Shown here in pieces: positions 9,989 through 19,087 of a DNA stretch of 52,242 nt. The stretch lies in NCBI GenBank assembly GCA_050287845.1, contig JBNKCR010000009.1, positions 1 through 52,242 on the forward strand, in the 5' to 3' direction. The notes beneath the pieces are model-generated. The model saw only the letters and a list, made by a program, of their open reading frames with translations. It searched no databases and was not told where the DNA came from. Position 1 is the first letter of the stretch, and each line of letters opens with the position of its first letter. The DNA is from Polyangia bacterium. GTDB lineage: Bacteria; Myxococcota_A; Polyangia; JAAYKL01. A program made the translations under genes and the position numbers.

Positions 9989-10319
9989 CAATCACAAATA
10001 AATCGTGTGGTGTTTTATTGGGTCCATGTCATCTGACGCCAGATTTTTTTCCCGTTTATCTTTTTTTTTAACCACCCAAAAAATAATACCAGTTCCACTC
10101 TTATTAAAATTTAAAAAAAACGAATTTTAAATTTTTGTCAGTGCAGATTTGGATTTAGTCGTTTTATTTTGAATATATCAGCATACCGCGTTTTGTTACA
10201 GGCGGGCTGTATTGCGGCTAAGTACTTGTTTTTATATAGCTTACTTGGATGCAGATAGTACCTGTAAATTGAGTTTTCCAAAGAGGAAACCATCAGCTGC
10301 CTTCTAGGGAGGAAACAAA

Positions 10320-11675
10320 ATGATTTTATGGACACGGTTAATTTGCCTGGGATTGTTGCTTATAGTGACATCCTGTGGCGGGACTGACGACGCCAACGGC
10401 TCCACGGATTCGGATGCGGATACGGACAGTGATTCTGATTCCGATACCGATTCCGATTCGGACAGCGATTCTGATTCCGATACCGACTCGGACACTGATT
10501 CAGATACGGATTCTGATACAGATTCCGATACAGATTCCGATACCGATTCTGATACGGATACCGACACCGACACGGACACCGATTCAGATACGGATGATGG
10601 CACCTGTGCATATGATTGCCTGCCTCATTGCGTTTCATGGGGGGGGACCCAGATGGAAGGTACCTGCGAAGACAACTTGCGCTGCTGCCAGGGTGCGACC
10701 ATCCCGGATACCGCTTCGGACACGGACACCGACACAGACACGGATACGGACACCGACACCGACACCGATACGGACACCGATACGGACACCGATACGGATA
10801 CCGATACAGATACCGATACGGATACCGATGGGGATCCGGATGGCATGTCCGCCGGCTGCGGCACGACGCCAGGCATTTCCAGCGATCAATACAACAACGG
10901 CCAACCGATCTCGATCTCGGCCGGGGGTAAGCAGCGTCGCTACATCCTCAGCGTCCCGCAGAATTACGACAATACTAAACCGTACAGGCTGATCATTTCA
11001 TATCACCAGCTCGACGGAAACGACGTACAGAACTACAACTGGCAGTATTACGGGCTGCTCCCGTTGGCTGGCGATACCACTATCTTTGTGGCGCCCAATG
11101 GTCAGAAGAACGGCTCACCCTGCTCCGCCATGAGCGACGGCGATGGTGGCTGCGGCTGGCCGAACTCGGGCGACTCGGACATGGCGCTCGCCGACGCGGT
11201 CGTCGCCGAGATGAAGGAGAACTTCTGCATTGACACCAACCGGATTTTCGCTACGGGTTGGAGCTTCGGCGGCTCCATGTCTTACCAGACGGCTTGTGCA
11301 AGGCCACTGGGCGAGGACAACGGGTACATTCGGGGCGTCGCCGTTTACTCCGGCTCATCGTTCATCTCGCAGGGGCCCTGCCCTCCCAAGAAGCAAGTCG
11401 CCTACTACGATTCACACGGAACGAACGACGGTGTCCTTCAGTATTCGGGAGGCGTGTCGATGACTCAGGAATTCGCGACGATCAATGGCTGCAGCTGGTC
11501 GACACCCACCCAGGCGACTGGCGGTCACGTTTGCACCGACATCAGCGGGTGCGACGAAGGGTATCCGGTAAGATTCTGTTCGTTCGTTGGGGGGCACACG
11601 CCGTTCCCGGACAGCGGTCAAGCCCAGGGCAGCTGGGGACCGGAAGAAGCCTGGAAGTTTCTCAGCCAGTTCTGA
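10320..11675 (+). CDS. Lipoprotein with two Asp-Thr/Ser repeat linkers and C-terminal alpha/beta-hydrolase (CE1 feruloyl esterase/PHB depolymerase-like)
   Basis: GGAGG RBS; lipobox VTSC; SAGCG; R.YIL.VP.NYD..KPY.LI; IFVAPNG; nucleophile GWSFGG; HGTND; GGH; WKFLSQF. Confidence 0.88.
   Translation: MILWTRLICLGLLLIVTSCGGTDDANGSTDSDADTDSDSDSDTDSDSDSDSDSDTDSDTDSDTDSDTDSDTDSDTDSDTDTDTDTDTDSDTDDGTCAYDCLPHCVSWGGTQMEGTCEDNLRCCQGATIPDTASDTDTDTDTDTDTDTDTDTDTDTDTDTDTDTDTDTDTDGDPDGMSAGCGTTPGISSDQYNNGQPISISAGGKQRRYILSVPQNYDNTKPYRLIISYHQLDGNDVQNYNWQYYGLLPLAGDTTIFVAPNGQKNGSPCSAMSDGDGGCGWPNSGDSDMALADAVVAEMKENFCIDTNRIFATGWSFGGSMSYQTACARPLGEDNGYIRGVAVYSGSSFISQGPCPPKKQVAYYDSHGTNDGVLQYSGGVSMTQEFATINGCSWSTPTQATGGHVCTDISGCDEGYPVRFCSFVGGHTPFPDSGQAQGSWGPEEAWKFLSQF
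10403..10830 (+). repeat. Hexanucleotide coding microsatellites encoding (DT/DS)n, two tracts (~10403-10598 and ~10716-10829)
   Basis: gatacc/gacacg/gattcc repeats inside the CDS. Confidence 0.95.
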
Positions 11676-12041
11676 CCCCACCCCCGGCAATTGAGGTCTA
11701 ATTTTTTAAGGCCATAAAGATTTCAATCATAATGTTCCTGTCCCTGCCAGCAGCTTTTCTTGTATTTGCCACCCCCATTCGCCTGCCGGGGTAGTTTTTC
11801 ACAAGGTTGAGAGCGAAATGTCATAAAGTCGCCATATTTTTGTGCGCAATTGTCGGCGCGATGTCTGGCAGAAAAAATATGGGGACGTTCCGTGCGCCGG
11901 GATGAGACCGGTAACAATCAAAATCGATTTGTCCAAAGCCAATCTATCGCCGACGTCGACATGAACCTCCCCTTGCCACCAACCATCGTGGTAATTCCCG
12001 GCATACAGTTACAGTTACGTTCGTCGTCTTCCGGGAAAAAC

Positions 12042-12689
12042 TCAATTCTCACAGTCGAGACAGGTAAATTCCACCACGCCGCTGTACACACCGAAGCGGT
12101 CGGCGGTGTGAATTTCGAGATCGATTAAAAAACCGGTTTGCCGCATATTCTGCGTGCAACAGCCACTGCAATCATCATCGCTGCACATATCGTACACCAC
12201 GGCATCAATCTCCTGCCCCCCGGGCCCCCGCAACCGCAGCGTTTTCCCGTTATACTCCCCAAAAACGTCAGAGTGCACCGATGCGATATTGTTGGCCGCC
12301 ACCCATTCGGGGCTCATCTGATCCGGGAGCCCGGCAAACCATCCCGCCCATTCACAGCCATTGAACTCAATACATTCCTCGCTGCCTTCTTCCGGATAAG
12401 ATTCATACCATGTCAGATTGGCTTCTCGCCATTCCAGGTCATCGGTGTCCGCTGTGTCTCCCTCGCTGTCATCCTCATTCCCCAAGTCGTCATCCCCATT
12501 CCCCAAGTCGTCATCCCCGGAATCGTGATTCGTATCATCGCCGCCGGTATCGTCATCACCGGAACTATCATCCCCGGAATCGTCATTACTGTCATCGCCA
12601 CTTTCCTTTTCGATTCCAAACTCGCCTGACGATTCCGAGGCACAGGCCGCTGCGAAAGCGATGACCAGCCAGATTACAAAGTATTTCAT
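12042..12689 (-). CDS. Lipoprotein with acidic linker and Cys-rich RlpA/expansin-like (DPBB) C-terminal domain
   Basis: Lipobox AAAC; GDDD repeats; GKTLRL...IDAVVYDMC..DCSGCC...FLIDLE fits the DPBB pattern (V.D.C...C...lDL). Confidence 0.7.
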   Translation of the reverse strand: MKYFVIWLVIAFAAACASESSGEFGIEKESGDDSNDDSGDDSSGDDDTGGDDTNHDSGDDDLGNGDDDLGNEDDSEGDTADTDDLEWREANLTWYESYPEEGSEECIEFNGCEWAGWFAGLPDQMSPEWVAANNIASVHSDVFGEYNGKTLRLRGPGGQEIDAVVYDMCSDDDCSGCCTQNMRQTGFLIDLEIHTADRFGVYSGVVEFTCLDCEN

Positions 12690-12815
12690 ATAATTGCCCT
12701 TTCATGAATTCGCCCCCAATCTGCTCAACCTGTATTGTATTGGATATTTCACACCGTGTCCTTGCACAATGCGGCTGAACCGATTGTATATTTCACTCAA
12801 ATTCAATAAGCTGAA

Positions 12816-13709
12816 ATGAGCATGCTGACGCGCACACCCATATTGCTGGAGCCAACCGGAGAAACCTCCCCGTATGTTTTTGGATTTTCCGAGCATCGGA
12901 ATCCAGGGGACGCAGTCTTTGACATCCATTACGAGCTGGAGGTGGGAGTGGTGATGCAGGGCGTCATGCATCGTTTCTGGGAAAACACGCAGCGTACCCT
13001 GTCAGCGGGGGATATCTGGATGACCAACGTGTGGGAGCCGCATGGGTTCCGGCTTGCCGAAGTGCCCTGTAAAGTGGCTGTCTTTTTATTGCGACCGGAA
13101 CTGCTGGCAGCACTTCATCTGGGTGTCGGCCCTGAAACGAATTGGTTTCATCTTTTCTCCCTGCCCCCTCAGGCACGTCCCACCACATCGGCACCGTATC
13201 AGCGCATTCTCCGGCAACAGCTTGAATTCATGACCCTGAATGAACGGGGCGATTCCACCAACCCTGAAGACCATGCAACCCTCTCGTATCTGGTGCTGCT
13301 TCAGTTGCTGCAGCATTTGAGAAACAACGTCAAAGGGAGTATCCCTTTCGAAACCGGAACCATACACACCATTTCGCCCGCACTGCAGCTGGTTTTTAAA
13401 GGCCATCACATTGTAACGGAACTGCAAGCTGCCCGGGCATGTCGTATGTCGCCCAGCACCTTCCGACGCAAATTCAAACAGACAATGGGCGTCACCTTTG
13501 CACGCTTCGCCCTGCACCACCGGCTCAAATCTGCTGCGCTGGCATTGCAGGGTCCCCTTTCCATTGACGAAGTGGCGCGAGAATTCGGCTTCTTCGACAC
13601 CAGCCACTTCTATCGCGTATTTAAAAAAGTATTCAAAAAAACCCCGGTCGCCTACCGCACCCATCTCGCCAACCTTGCTGCGGCTGAAAAGGTGGCAATG
13701 GGAAACTGA
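12816..13709 (+). CDS. AraC family transcriptional regulator (cupin + HTH)
   Basis: Cupin H.ELEV...WEPHG; HTH MSPSTFRRKFK and SIDEVAREFGFFDTSHFYRVFKK..TP..YR. Confidence 0.92.
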   Translation: MSMLTRTPILLEPTGETSPYVFGFSEHRNPGDAVFDIHYELEVGVVMQGVMHRFWENTQRTLSAGDIWMTNVWEPHGFRLAEVPCKVAVFLLRPELLAALHLGVGPETNWFHLFSLPPQARPTTSAPYQRILRQQLEFMTLNERGDSTNPEDHATLSYLVLLQLLQHLRNNVKGSIPFETGTIHTISPALQLVFKGHHIVTELQAARACRMSPSTFRRKFKQTMGVTFARFALHHRLKSAALALQGPLSIDEVAREFGFFDTSHFYRVFKKVFKKTPVAYRTHLANLAAAEKVAMGN

Positions 13710-13936
13710 GATATTCCCTGAATCAGGCAATAACACACTGCGCTGTTGCCCCTGACAAGGGGAAAAACACTGGTTGGTCCCAGCTTCCAACGCGCTCAAA
13801 AAACGCCGCATCCGATTTTCTTTTTGACTGCTTCTTTTTGGAGCCGCGCGGATGTTTCCTGAATCTGAGCAGGTTTACGTTTCTGGCGATGGGGACCAGA
13901 GTATTAGGCTTTGTCTCAAACGTTCTTTGGGTATAA

Positions 13937-14022
13937 GCCGCCCCGAAGGGGCCCAGGCATAACAGCCCCGGGCAGCGCCCGGGGTCTGGCGTTCGGTTTA
14001 TGTTTTTAGCCCTGAAAGGGCG
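13937..14022. repeat. REP/REPIN-like palindromic cluster next to a Y1 transposase tail
   Basis: gccccgaaggggc ... ccccgggcagcgcccgggg ... gccctgaaagggc: three short palindromes, an arrangement typical beside REP-associated tyrosine transposases. Confidence 0.75.
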
Positions 14023-14160
14023 TTCCATATCGGTTCATCCCGGAGGTATTTTTCATCATAAGCCACGCCATATTTTTCCAAAAGAACGAGAAGCTCTTCT
14101 TTGAAACTGTTTAACCTGTGGTGTTCCTCCTGGTTATCGACATAACGAAGCAATGCAGAC
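13998..14160 (-). pseudogene. IS200/IS605-type (RAYT-like) Y1 transposase, C-terminal fragment
   Basis: SALLRYVDNQEEHHRLNSFKEELLVLLEKYGVAYDEKYL matches the YI.NQEEHH...F.EE...L......YDE.YL C-terminus; no start codon or HuH part upstream in frame. Confidence 0.8.
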
Positions 14161-14280
14161 GCGCTTCGATTCCTCAGGTCATTACGGTGATTGGACTGCG
14201 TTTAACAAAATTTTCAAATATTGGATTTAAACAGTTTAAGCGAACCGGGTACCATTGGGGAGTGCTTTGCGCGGGATGAA

Positions 14281-14775
14281 CTATTTTAGACGATACCAGT
14301 ATTGGGTCCGGCCAAGGAGTGAGACGCCAATGTACCCGCGAACCTTCAATTTTTTACCTCCGTTTTCGAGTCGAAGAACAAGTTTGTATGTTTTTCCCGA
14401 TACCGGGTCCAGAATAGTTCCCCCTCGCCATTCATCATCATCTTTTTTCATGTTATTGATTATCATCAGTCCTATAATCGGTTTGTTTTTGTACTTTCCC
14501 GGGCAATCTTCACACACGGGATTTTCTTCTTCTTCGCCAAAGAGTTTCGTAATCTTTCCGTAAAGTTTACCTTTGTGTTCCCAGATTTTTACGTGTGAAC
14601 GAGTTTTTCCGCTATTATCATCCACCGTTTTCCACAAACCAACCGGTGTCGCTTCTATCGCCGATACCGGTTCTATGGCGACGCTGTGACCGGAAACAAT
14701 CAGGAAAGTAAATGCAATAGCAATAGCAATAGCAATTCGATTCCCAATCAGTTTTTTTTTCAAAAAATACATCAT
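14281..14775 (-). CDS. DUF2147 family secreted protein
   Basis: PVGLWKTVDD..GK..S.VKI; GKITKL; C..CPG..KNKPIIGL; GGTILDP.SGKTY; LKVRGYIG..LLGRTQ.W.R. Confidence 0.92.
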   Translation of the reverse strand: MMYFLKKKLIGNRIAIAIAIAFTFLIVSGHSVAIEPVSAIEATPVGLWKTVDDNSGKTRSHVKIWEHKGKLYGKITKLFGEEEENPVCEDCPGKYKNKPIIGLMIINNMKKDDDEWRGGTILDPVSGKTYKLVLRLENGGKKLKVRGYIGVSLLGRTQYWYRLK

Positions 14776-15026
14776 GACACCTTTCTGCTGTACGCACATT
14801 CAGCACCTTATTTTCTTTTGTTTCAAACGAAAACGTTTAGACAAAGGTTATTTTTTTCTAATAGTACAGATATGCATACTTTTGCAATATGATGTTGAAA
14901 CACTGTGTACATTCCCGAACGTCTAAAATAGTCAGGATAAAAGCTCAAAAGCAATATCTGTTTTAGTTTCAATATATCAGCATCGTAAAAAATCTAACAG
15001 TGATATGGCATGACCAACCTGTAGGG

Positions 15027-15080
15027 ATGACTTATGAAAAGTCATAAGACTATGAACAAAGATCATAAAGCTATGAACAA
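15027..15080. promoter_or_regulatory. Array of TCATAA/TTATGA half-sites (putative TF-binding array)
   Basis: CTTATGA-aaag-TCATAAG palindrome, then tcataagactatgaacaa and tcataaagctatgaacaa at 21-bp period. Confidence 0.4.
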
Positions 15081-15274
15081 TGTTGTTTCCCGATTATTTA
15101 TTTGACAGCACAGGCGCCAGGCCTGTAAAAAAGTTCCATGAAATAATTTTGTTCGATTGTGTTGCACTGTCATTGCATGAGCCACAAGTTCGTGTTGAAA
15201 AGATCTTTTACGTGTTGTTGCTGAAATTTCTAATTCAACATGATGGGCGTTCAGGTTATTTGAAGTGTTTTCAT

Positions 15275-15490
15275 TTCAGAACCCCCAATGCTCTGCACGG
15301 TACAACCGTGAAAGGGAGGTAATGAGCTCTCGTAGAAGTTGGTCGCAGAGCAGAGTGCATGCTTTCGCATACGTTCTATGTGACCACTTTGGGACCAAAT
15401 CAAATCTGAGTTGACCTTCCCTGCGCTCGCTTTCCAGCCGTTTCCCCGTGGCTGCTGCGTTTCGGGCGCCACCAACTCCAACTATGGTAC
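15275..15490 (-). ncRNA. Candidate structured RNA / orphan IS110-like non-coding end
   Basis: Minus-strand hairpins CAGCC..GGCTG, GUAUGC-GAAA-GCAUGC (G-U pair only on this strand), ACGGU-UGU-ACCGU within a UGCUCUGC/GCAGAGCA stem; ends in GGGGG then ATG of a 7-codon ORF. Confidence 0.45.
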
Positions 15491-15589
15491 GGTCTTAATA
15501 AAGGAAAAATCAACAGTTTGTGACAACAGGCAAAGAGACTTCCACAGGAAATTTTTGACGACCGAAAATTGGGATGGAAAGGATTGATC

Positions 15590-16462
15590 ATGCTGAATCA
15601 TTTTAAGCTCGCGATAAAAGCAACGAGACTGACATTGTCAGGGGAACGATCAAATATAGAACTTGACTACGACAATGCATCAGGCACTTACGACAGCTAC
15701 TATTCAAGAAACCTCGCAGAATGCGCACAAACGCTGATGGAACGAATAACGGTTCAGCCGAATGTCCGTGTATTGGATCTGGCATGCGGAACGGGATATT
15801 TTTCCCATAAATTGGCATCCGCTCTTGGAAACGATGGCCATCTGGATGCATTGGATATCTCAGAAAAAATGCTTGAGGTGAACAGTGCAGGAGCAAGAGA
15901 ACGCGGCGTCCATGATAAAATCACATATATAAAAAATGATGCGTTGGGTTTTTTAAGGGAGTGTGAGGCGAACCAATATGACATGATTCTATGTGGATGG
16001 GGTATCTGCTATATGGATCACCGTCGTTTTTTTGACGCGTGCCATCGTATCTTGAAAAGAGGAGGTACCATTGGCATTATAGAAAACACAGCACAATCAT
16101 TATATGAAATATCCGCCATTTTCGAACGGGTCATAACGAAAAATCCGGACTTTCTTGCAAAATTGATCAAATTGTCACTTCCTAAAGATGATGTTTATTT
16201 AAAGAAAGTTATGGTTAAAAGTGGTTTCCACATCTCCGAACACTGGACGGGGCAAAAGATACTGGGGATTCATACTGCTCAGGAAATATTGGACTATATG
16301 ATATTTTCGGGTGCATCTGCGGGGTATCTTGACTGCATCGATCCAACCGTAATGGATAAGTTCAAAAACTTCTTTTTAACAGAAGTTGAGTCTGAACTGA
16401 AAGCAGGAAACGAGAGGGAATTGCTGATACACCGATATTGTGGTGCAATTGGCCAAAAATAA
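15590..16462 (+). CDS. Class I SAM-dependent methyltransferase (UbiE-like)
   Basis: YDNASGTYD; VLDLACGTG; LDISEKML; ILKRGGTI; AAGGA before ATG 15590. Confidence 0.92.
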   Translation: MLNHFKLAIKATRLTLSGERSNIELDYDNASGTYDSYYSRNLAECAQTLMERITVQPNVRVLDLACGTGYFSHKLASALGNDGHLDALDISEKMLEVNSAGARERGVHDKITYIKNDALGFLRECEANQYDMILCGWGICYMDHRRFFDACHRILKRGGTIGIIENTAQSLYEISAIFERVITKNPDFLAKLIKLSLPKDDVYLKKVMVKSGFHISEHWTGQKILGIHTAQEILDYMIFSGASAGYLDCIDPTVMDKFKNFFLTEVESELKAGNERELLIHRYCGAIGQK

Positions 16463-16482
16463 TAATCCGGATAGATTGAAAA

Positions 16483-16797
16483 ATGAGCTGGTTGTTTTTA
16501 AGTATCGCTATTGTTTTTGAAGTTACAGGAACGTCTCTTTTAAAACATTCCGAAGGAATGTCAAAATTGTTACCGACTGTACTGTCTCTTGGCAGTTATG
16601 GAGTCAGTCTGTTCATGTTGTCGTATGCTATCAAACAAATTAGCGTGAGCACCGCATACGCAATCTGGTCTGCTGTCGGTCTTTTTATGATAGCACTGAT
16701 AGATTATGGTCTATTTCACTCGCCAATGCCCACTCCAAAGATTATTTGTCTAGTCATTCTCGCCATGAGTGTTGCAGGGCTGTATTACTATGAGTGA
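16483..16797 (+). CDS. SMR family small multidrug efflux transporter
   Basis: WLFLSIAIVFEV.GT..LK.SEG; S.AYAIWSAVG; four TM helices; 104 aa. Confidence 0.93.
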   Translation: MSWLFLSIAIVFEVTGTSLLKHSEGMSKLLPTVLSLGSYGVSLFMLSYAIKQISVSTAYAIWSAVGLFMIALIDYGLFHSPMPTPKIICLVILAMSVAGLYYYE

Positions 16798-17980
16798 TAA
16801 TAAAGAACGAGAATATCTCTTTTATGTCACCGGCTTGCGAGGCATTGCAGCATTGTTTGTTGCATTGAGCCATGTATGGTATCAGGTGTGGCCAGCTGTG
16901 CCGCCTCCCTATGGATACGGAAAAGCACCGGACGGTTTGATGGGCGAACTAACGGAATTTCTCTATTTTGGACATTTTGGTGTCGTTGTATTCATTGTCG
17001 TGTCCGGCTTTTGTTTGATGCTTCCCATAAAAAAAGCAAAATGTCAGCTAACAGGTGGTGTTCTGTATTTTTATAGAAGGCGTGCAATACGAATATTGCC
17101 ACCCTATTACGTCGCTATCATCCTGTGTCTGTTTTTGATTTTCCTGGGTCTTGGCAGCAAGGATGGGTCACAATGGGACATCTCAATTCCAGTAAGTGGA
17201 TTGTCAGTTTTTTCTCATTTTTTTCTATTAAATGATTTCGTAGAATCGACAACTATAAATTATGTATTTTGGTCCATTGCTGTTGAATGTCAACTCTACC
17301 TCATATTGCCGCTGATAGTGATGGCGTGGAAAAAACTCGGCGGTAATGTAACTGCCGCGCTGTGGGGCACGTTAGTCTACGGAACAATTGTATCGCTCGA
17401 AATGGTGGGTGTTTCCGACGTGCCGCCACAATTTGTTGGCCTGGCTTTTCATTTCGTAGCTGGTGTGTATGCCGCGCACCTCATCACCGACCCCGATTTT
17501 TCTTCCAAACTTCCGCGGCGACGAAAATTGCTTTTTTTATTGGCAGGAATGTTCTTTATTACACTCATTGTGGGATGCGCTTTGTTGGGACACGAAAAAG
17601 CGGAGGAGAATTTTGCGATTTTTGATTTGCTGTGCGCTCTTGGAACTGTATCAGTCATGGTTGCGCTCTATGACGCACCTCGCACAAATAGACTATTGCG
17701 TTTTTTTGAAAGTCGCCGTCTCGTGAATCTAGGTGATATGTCGTACAGTTTATACCTTATTCATGCACCAATTATCGCGATTCTGGACAAATATATTGTT
17801 CGAGTTACCACGGACAGTGACAATTTCAGATTTTTGGTTCTTTTAGTAATTTCACCACCGTTTTTTTTGGTACTTTCCAAAATATTTTATCTGCTTTTTG
17901 AGAAACCTTTTGTGGGAAAAGGCAGCATAAAGGACATCTTTTATCCTCAAAGCAACAATCGGCTGTCAAGCACGAATTAG
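16790..17980 (+). CDS. Acyltransferase-3 (OafA/YrhL-like) membrane acyltransferase
   Basis: GLRGIAAL.V...H; GVVVFIVVSGF; FY.RRAIRILPPYY; WSIAVE.QLYL; LGDMSYSLYLIH; FEKP. Start overlaps the SMR stop. Confidence 0.93.
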   Translation: MSDNKEREYLFYVTGLRGIAALFVALSHVWYQVWPAVPPPYGYGKAPDGLMGELTEFLYFGHFGVVVFIVVSGFCLMLPIKKAKCQLTGGVLYFYRRRAIRILPPYYVAIILCLFLIFLGLGSKDGSQWDISIPVSGLSVFSHFFLLNDFVESTTINYVFWSIAVECQLYLILPLIVMAWKKLGGNVTAALWGTLVYGTIVSLEMVGVSDVPPQFVGLAFHFVAGVYAAHLITDPDFSSKLPRRRKLLFLLAGMFFITLIVGCALLGHEKAEENFAIFDLLCALGTVSVMVALYDAPRTNRLLRFFESRRLVNLGDMSYSLYLIHAPIIAILDKYIVRVTTDSDNFRFLVLLVISPPFFLVLSKIFYLLFEKPFVGKGSIKDIFYPQSNNRLSSTN

Positions 17981-18004
17981 AATTAGTCAGAAAGGTTAAA
18001 AACG

Positions 18005-18400
18005 ATGAAACAAATTTTACCACTCGCCCTCTCTTTTGCTGCAGTTGATACTGGATTTATAATTTATTGGATTGTAGTGGCGTTAAATGTTGTACCGGAA
18101 GAGTATTTGTTTCAGGATTACTCGAATCCGATTATGATCGCGTGGAACTGGTCTTTTTTTCCTCTTGATATTTTTATATCAATTACAGGTTATACTGCTC
18201 TGTATCTATATAAAATTGGACATGCCAGATGGAGATATTTAGCCATCATTTCGTTGACGTTGATGTTTTGTTCCGGACTACAGGCCATTGCGTTCTGGGC
18301 GTTAAGCTGCTTTTTCGACGTCAGTTGGTGGTCCATGAATCTTGCGCTGATGATAATACCTCTTTTTTTTGTATTTAAAGGTTTGGAAAAAAGAGCGTAG
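18005..18400 (+). CDS. YvaD-like (DUF5360) membrane protein
   Basis: D.GFIIYW; LF.DY.NP...AWNWSFFPLD..IS.TG; CSGLQAIAFW. Confidence 0.85.
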   Translation: MKQILPLALSFAAVDTGFIIYWIVVALNVVPEEYLFQDYSNPIMIAWNWSFFPLDIFISITGYTALYLYKIGHARWRYLAIISLTLMFCSGLQAIAFWALSCFFDVSWWSMNLALMIIPLFFVFKGLEKRA

Positions 18401-19087
18401 TTTTTCATTACGTGTCACTCCGCATGTAGGAAATCCCATTAATCACAATTTGATCTTACTGGCAATTCCCATCGAAATCGGTCATTTGAAACCTACTTAC
18501 AGTTTCAAATAACCTCACAGCAAATTTCTATGATCATTTGCAAAGTGAATTGCTAATTCCCGTAATATTTGCATCTGTTTGTTTTCTTCTTCTGAATAAA
18601 ATGCGGTCAGCAACAGGGCCACATAATTTTCGCACGGAAATGGCCTGTAAAAATTCACAATTTTCCGAAAGACAACAATTTTTCTATTTGCTTTTCATAA
18701 TACTATGGAGACGGAACTGATTATTAAGGATTTGCCAGATTTTATGCGGATAATCGGGGATTTCTTATAGTTTTTAATGCAAATTTTTTTTAATAATGTT
18801 AAACGAAACTTACACGAAATGATGGATGTAACTGAAAGTGTGCACATTGAATTGTAAACGATGAGCGAAATGCTTCGCCATCTTTCAATCGATACAAACG
18901 CTTTTGGAAGGAGTCGAAATGAATCTTACACAATAGAAATATATGTGAGGTCAGTCTATTTATATGTGCAAAACTTAATTTTTGTCGAATAGCATCTGCT
19001 CCTCGTACTGTATTAAAAAATAGTTTTCTTTAATATTCATCGAGCGATCGGGAATGGTTTTCTACAACCTACGTTATAGGAGAAAAT

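Noticed and set aside
10403..10830. Repeat tracts as a possible CRISPR array
   Set aside because: They are 6-nt coding microsatellites without unique spacers, and no cas genes are present.
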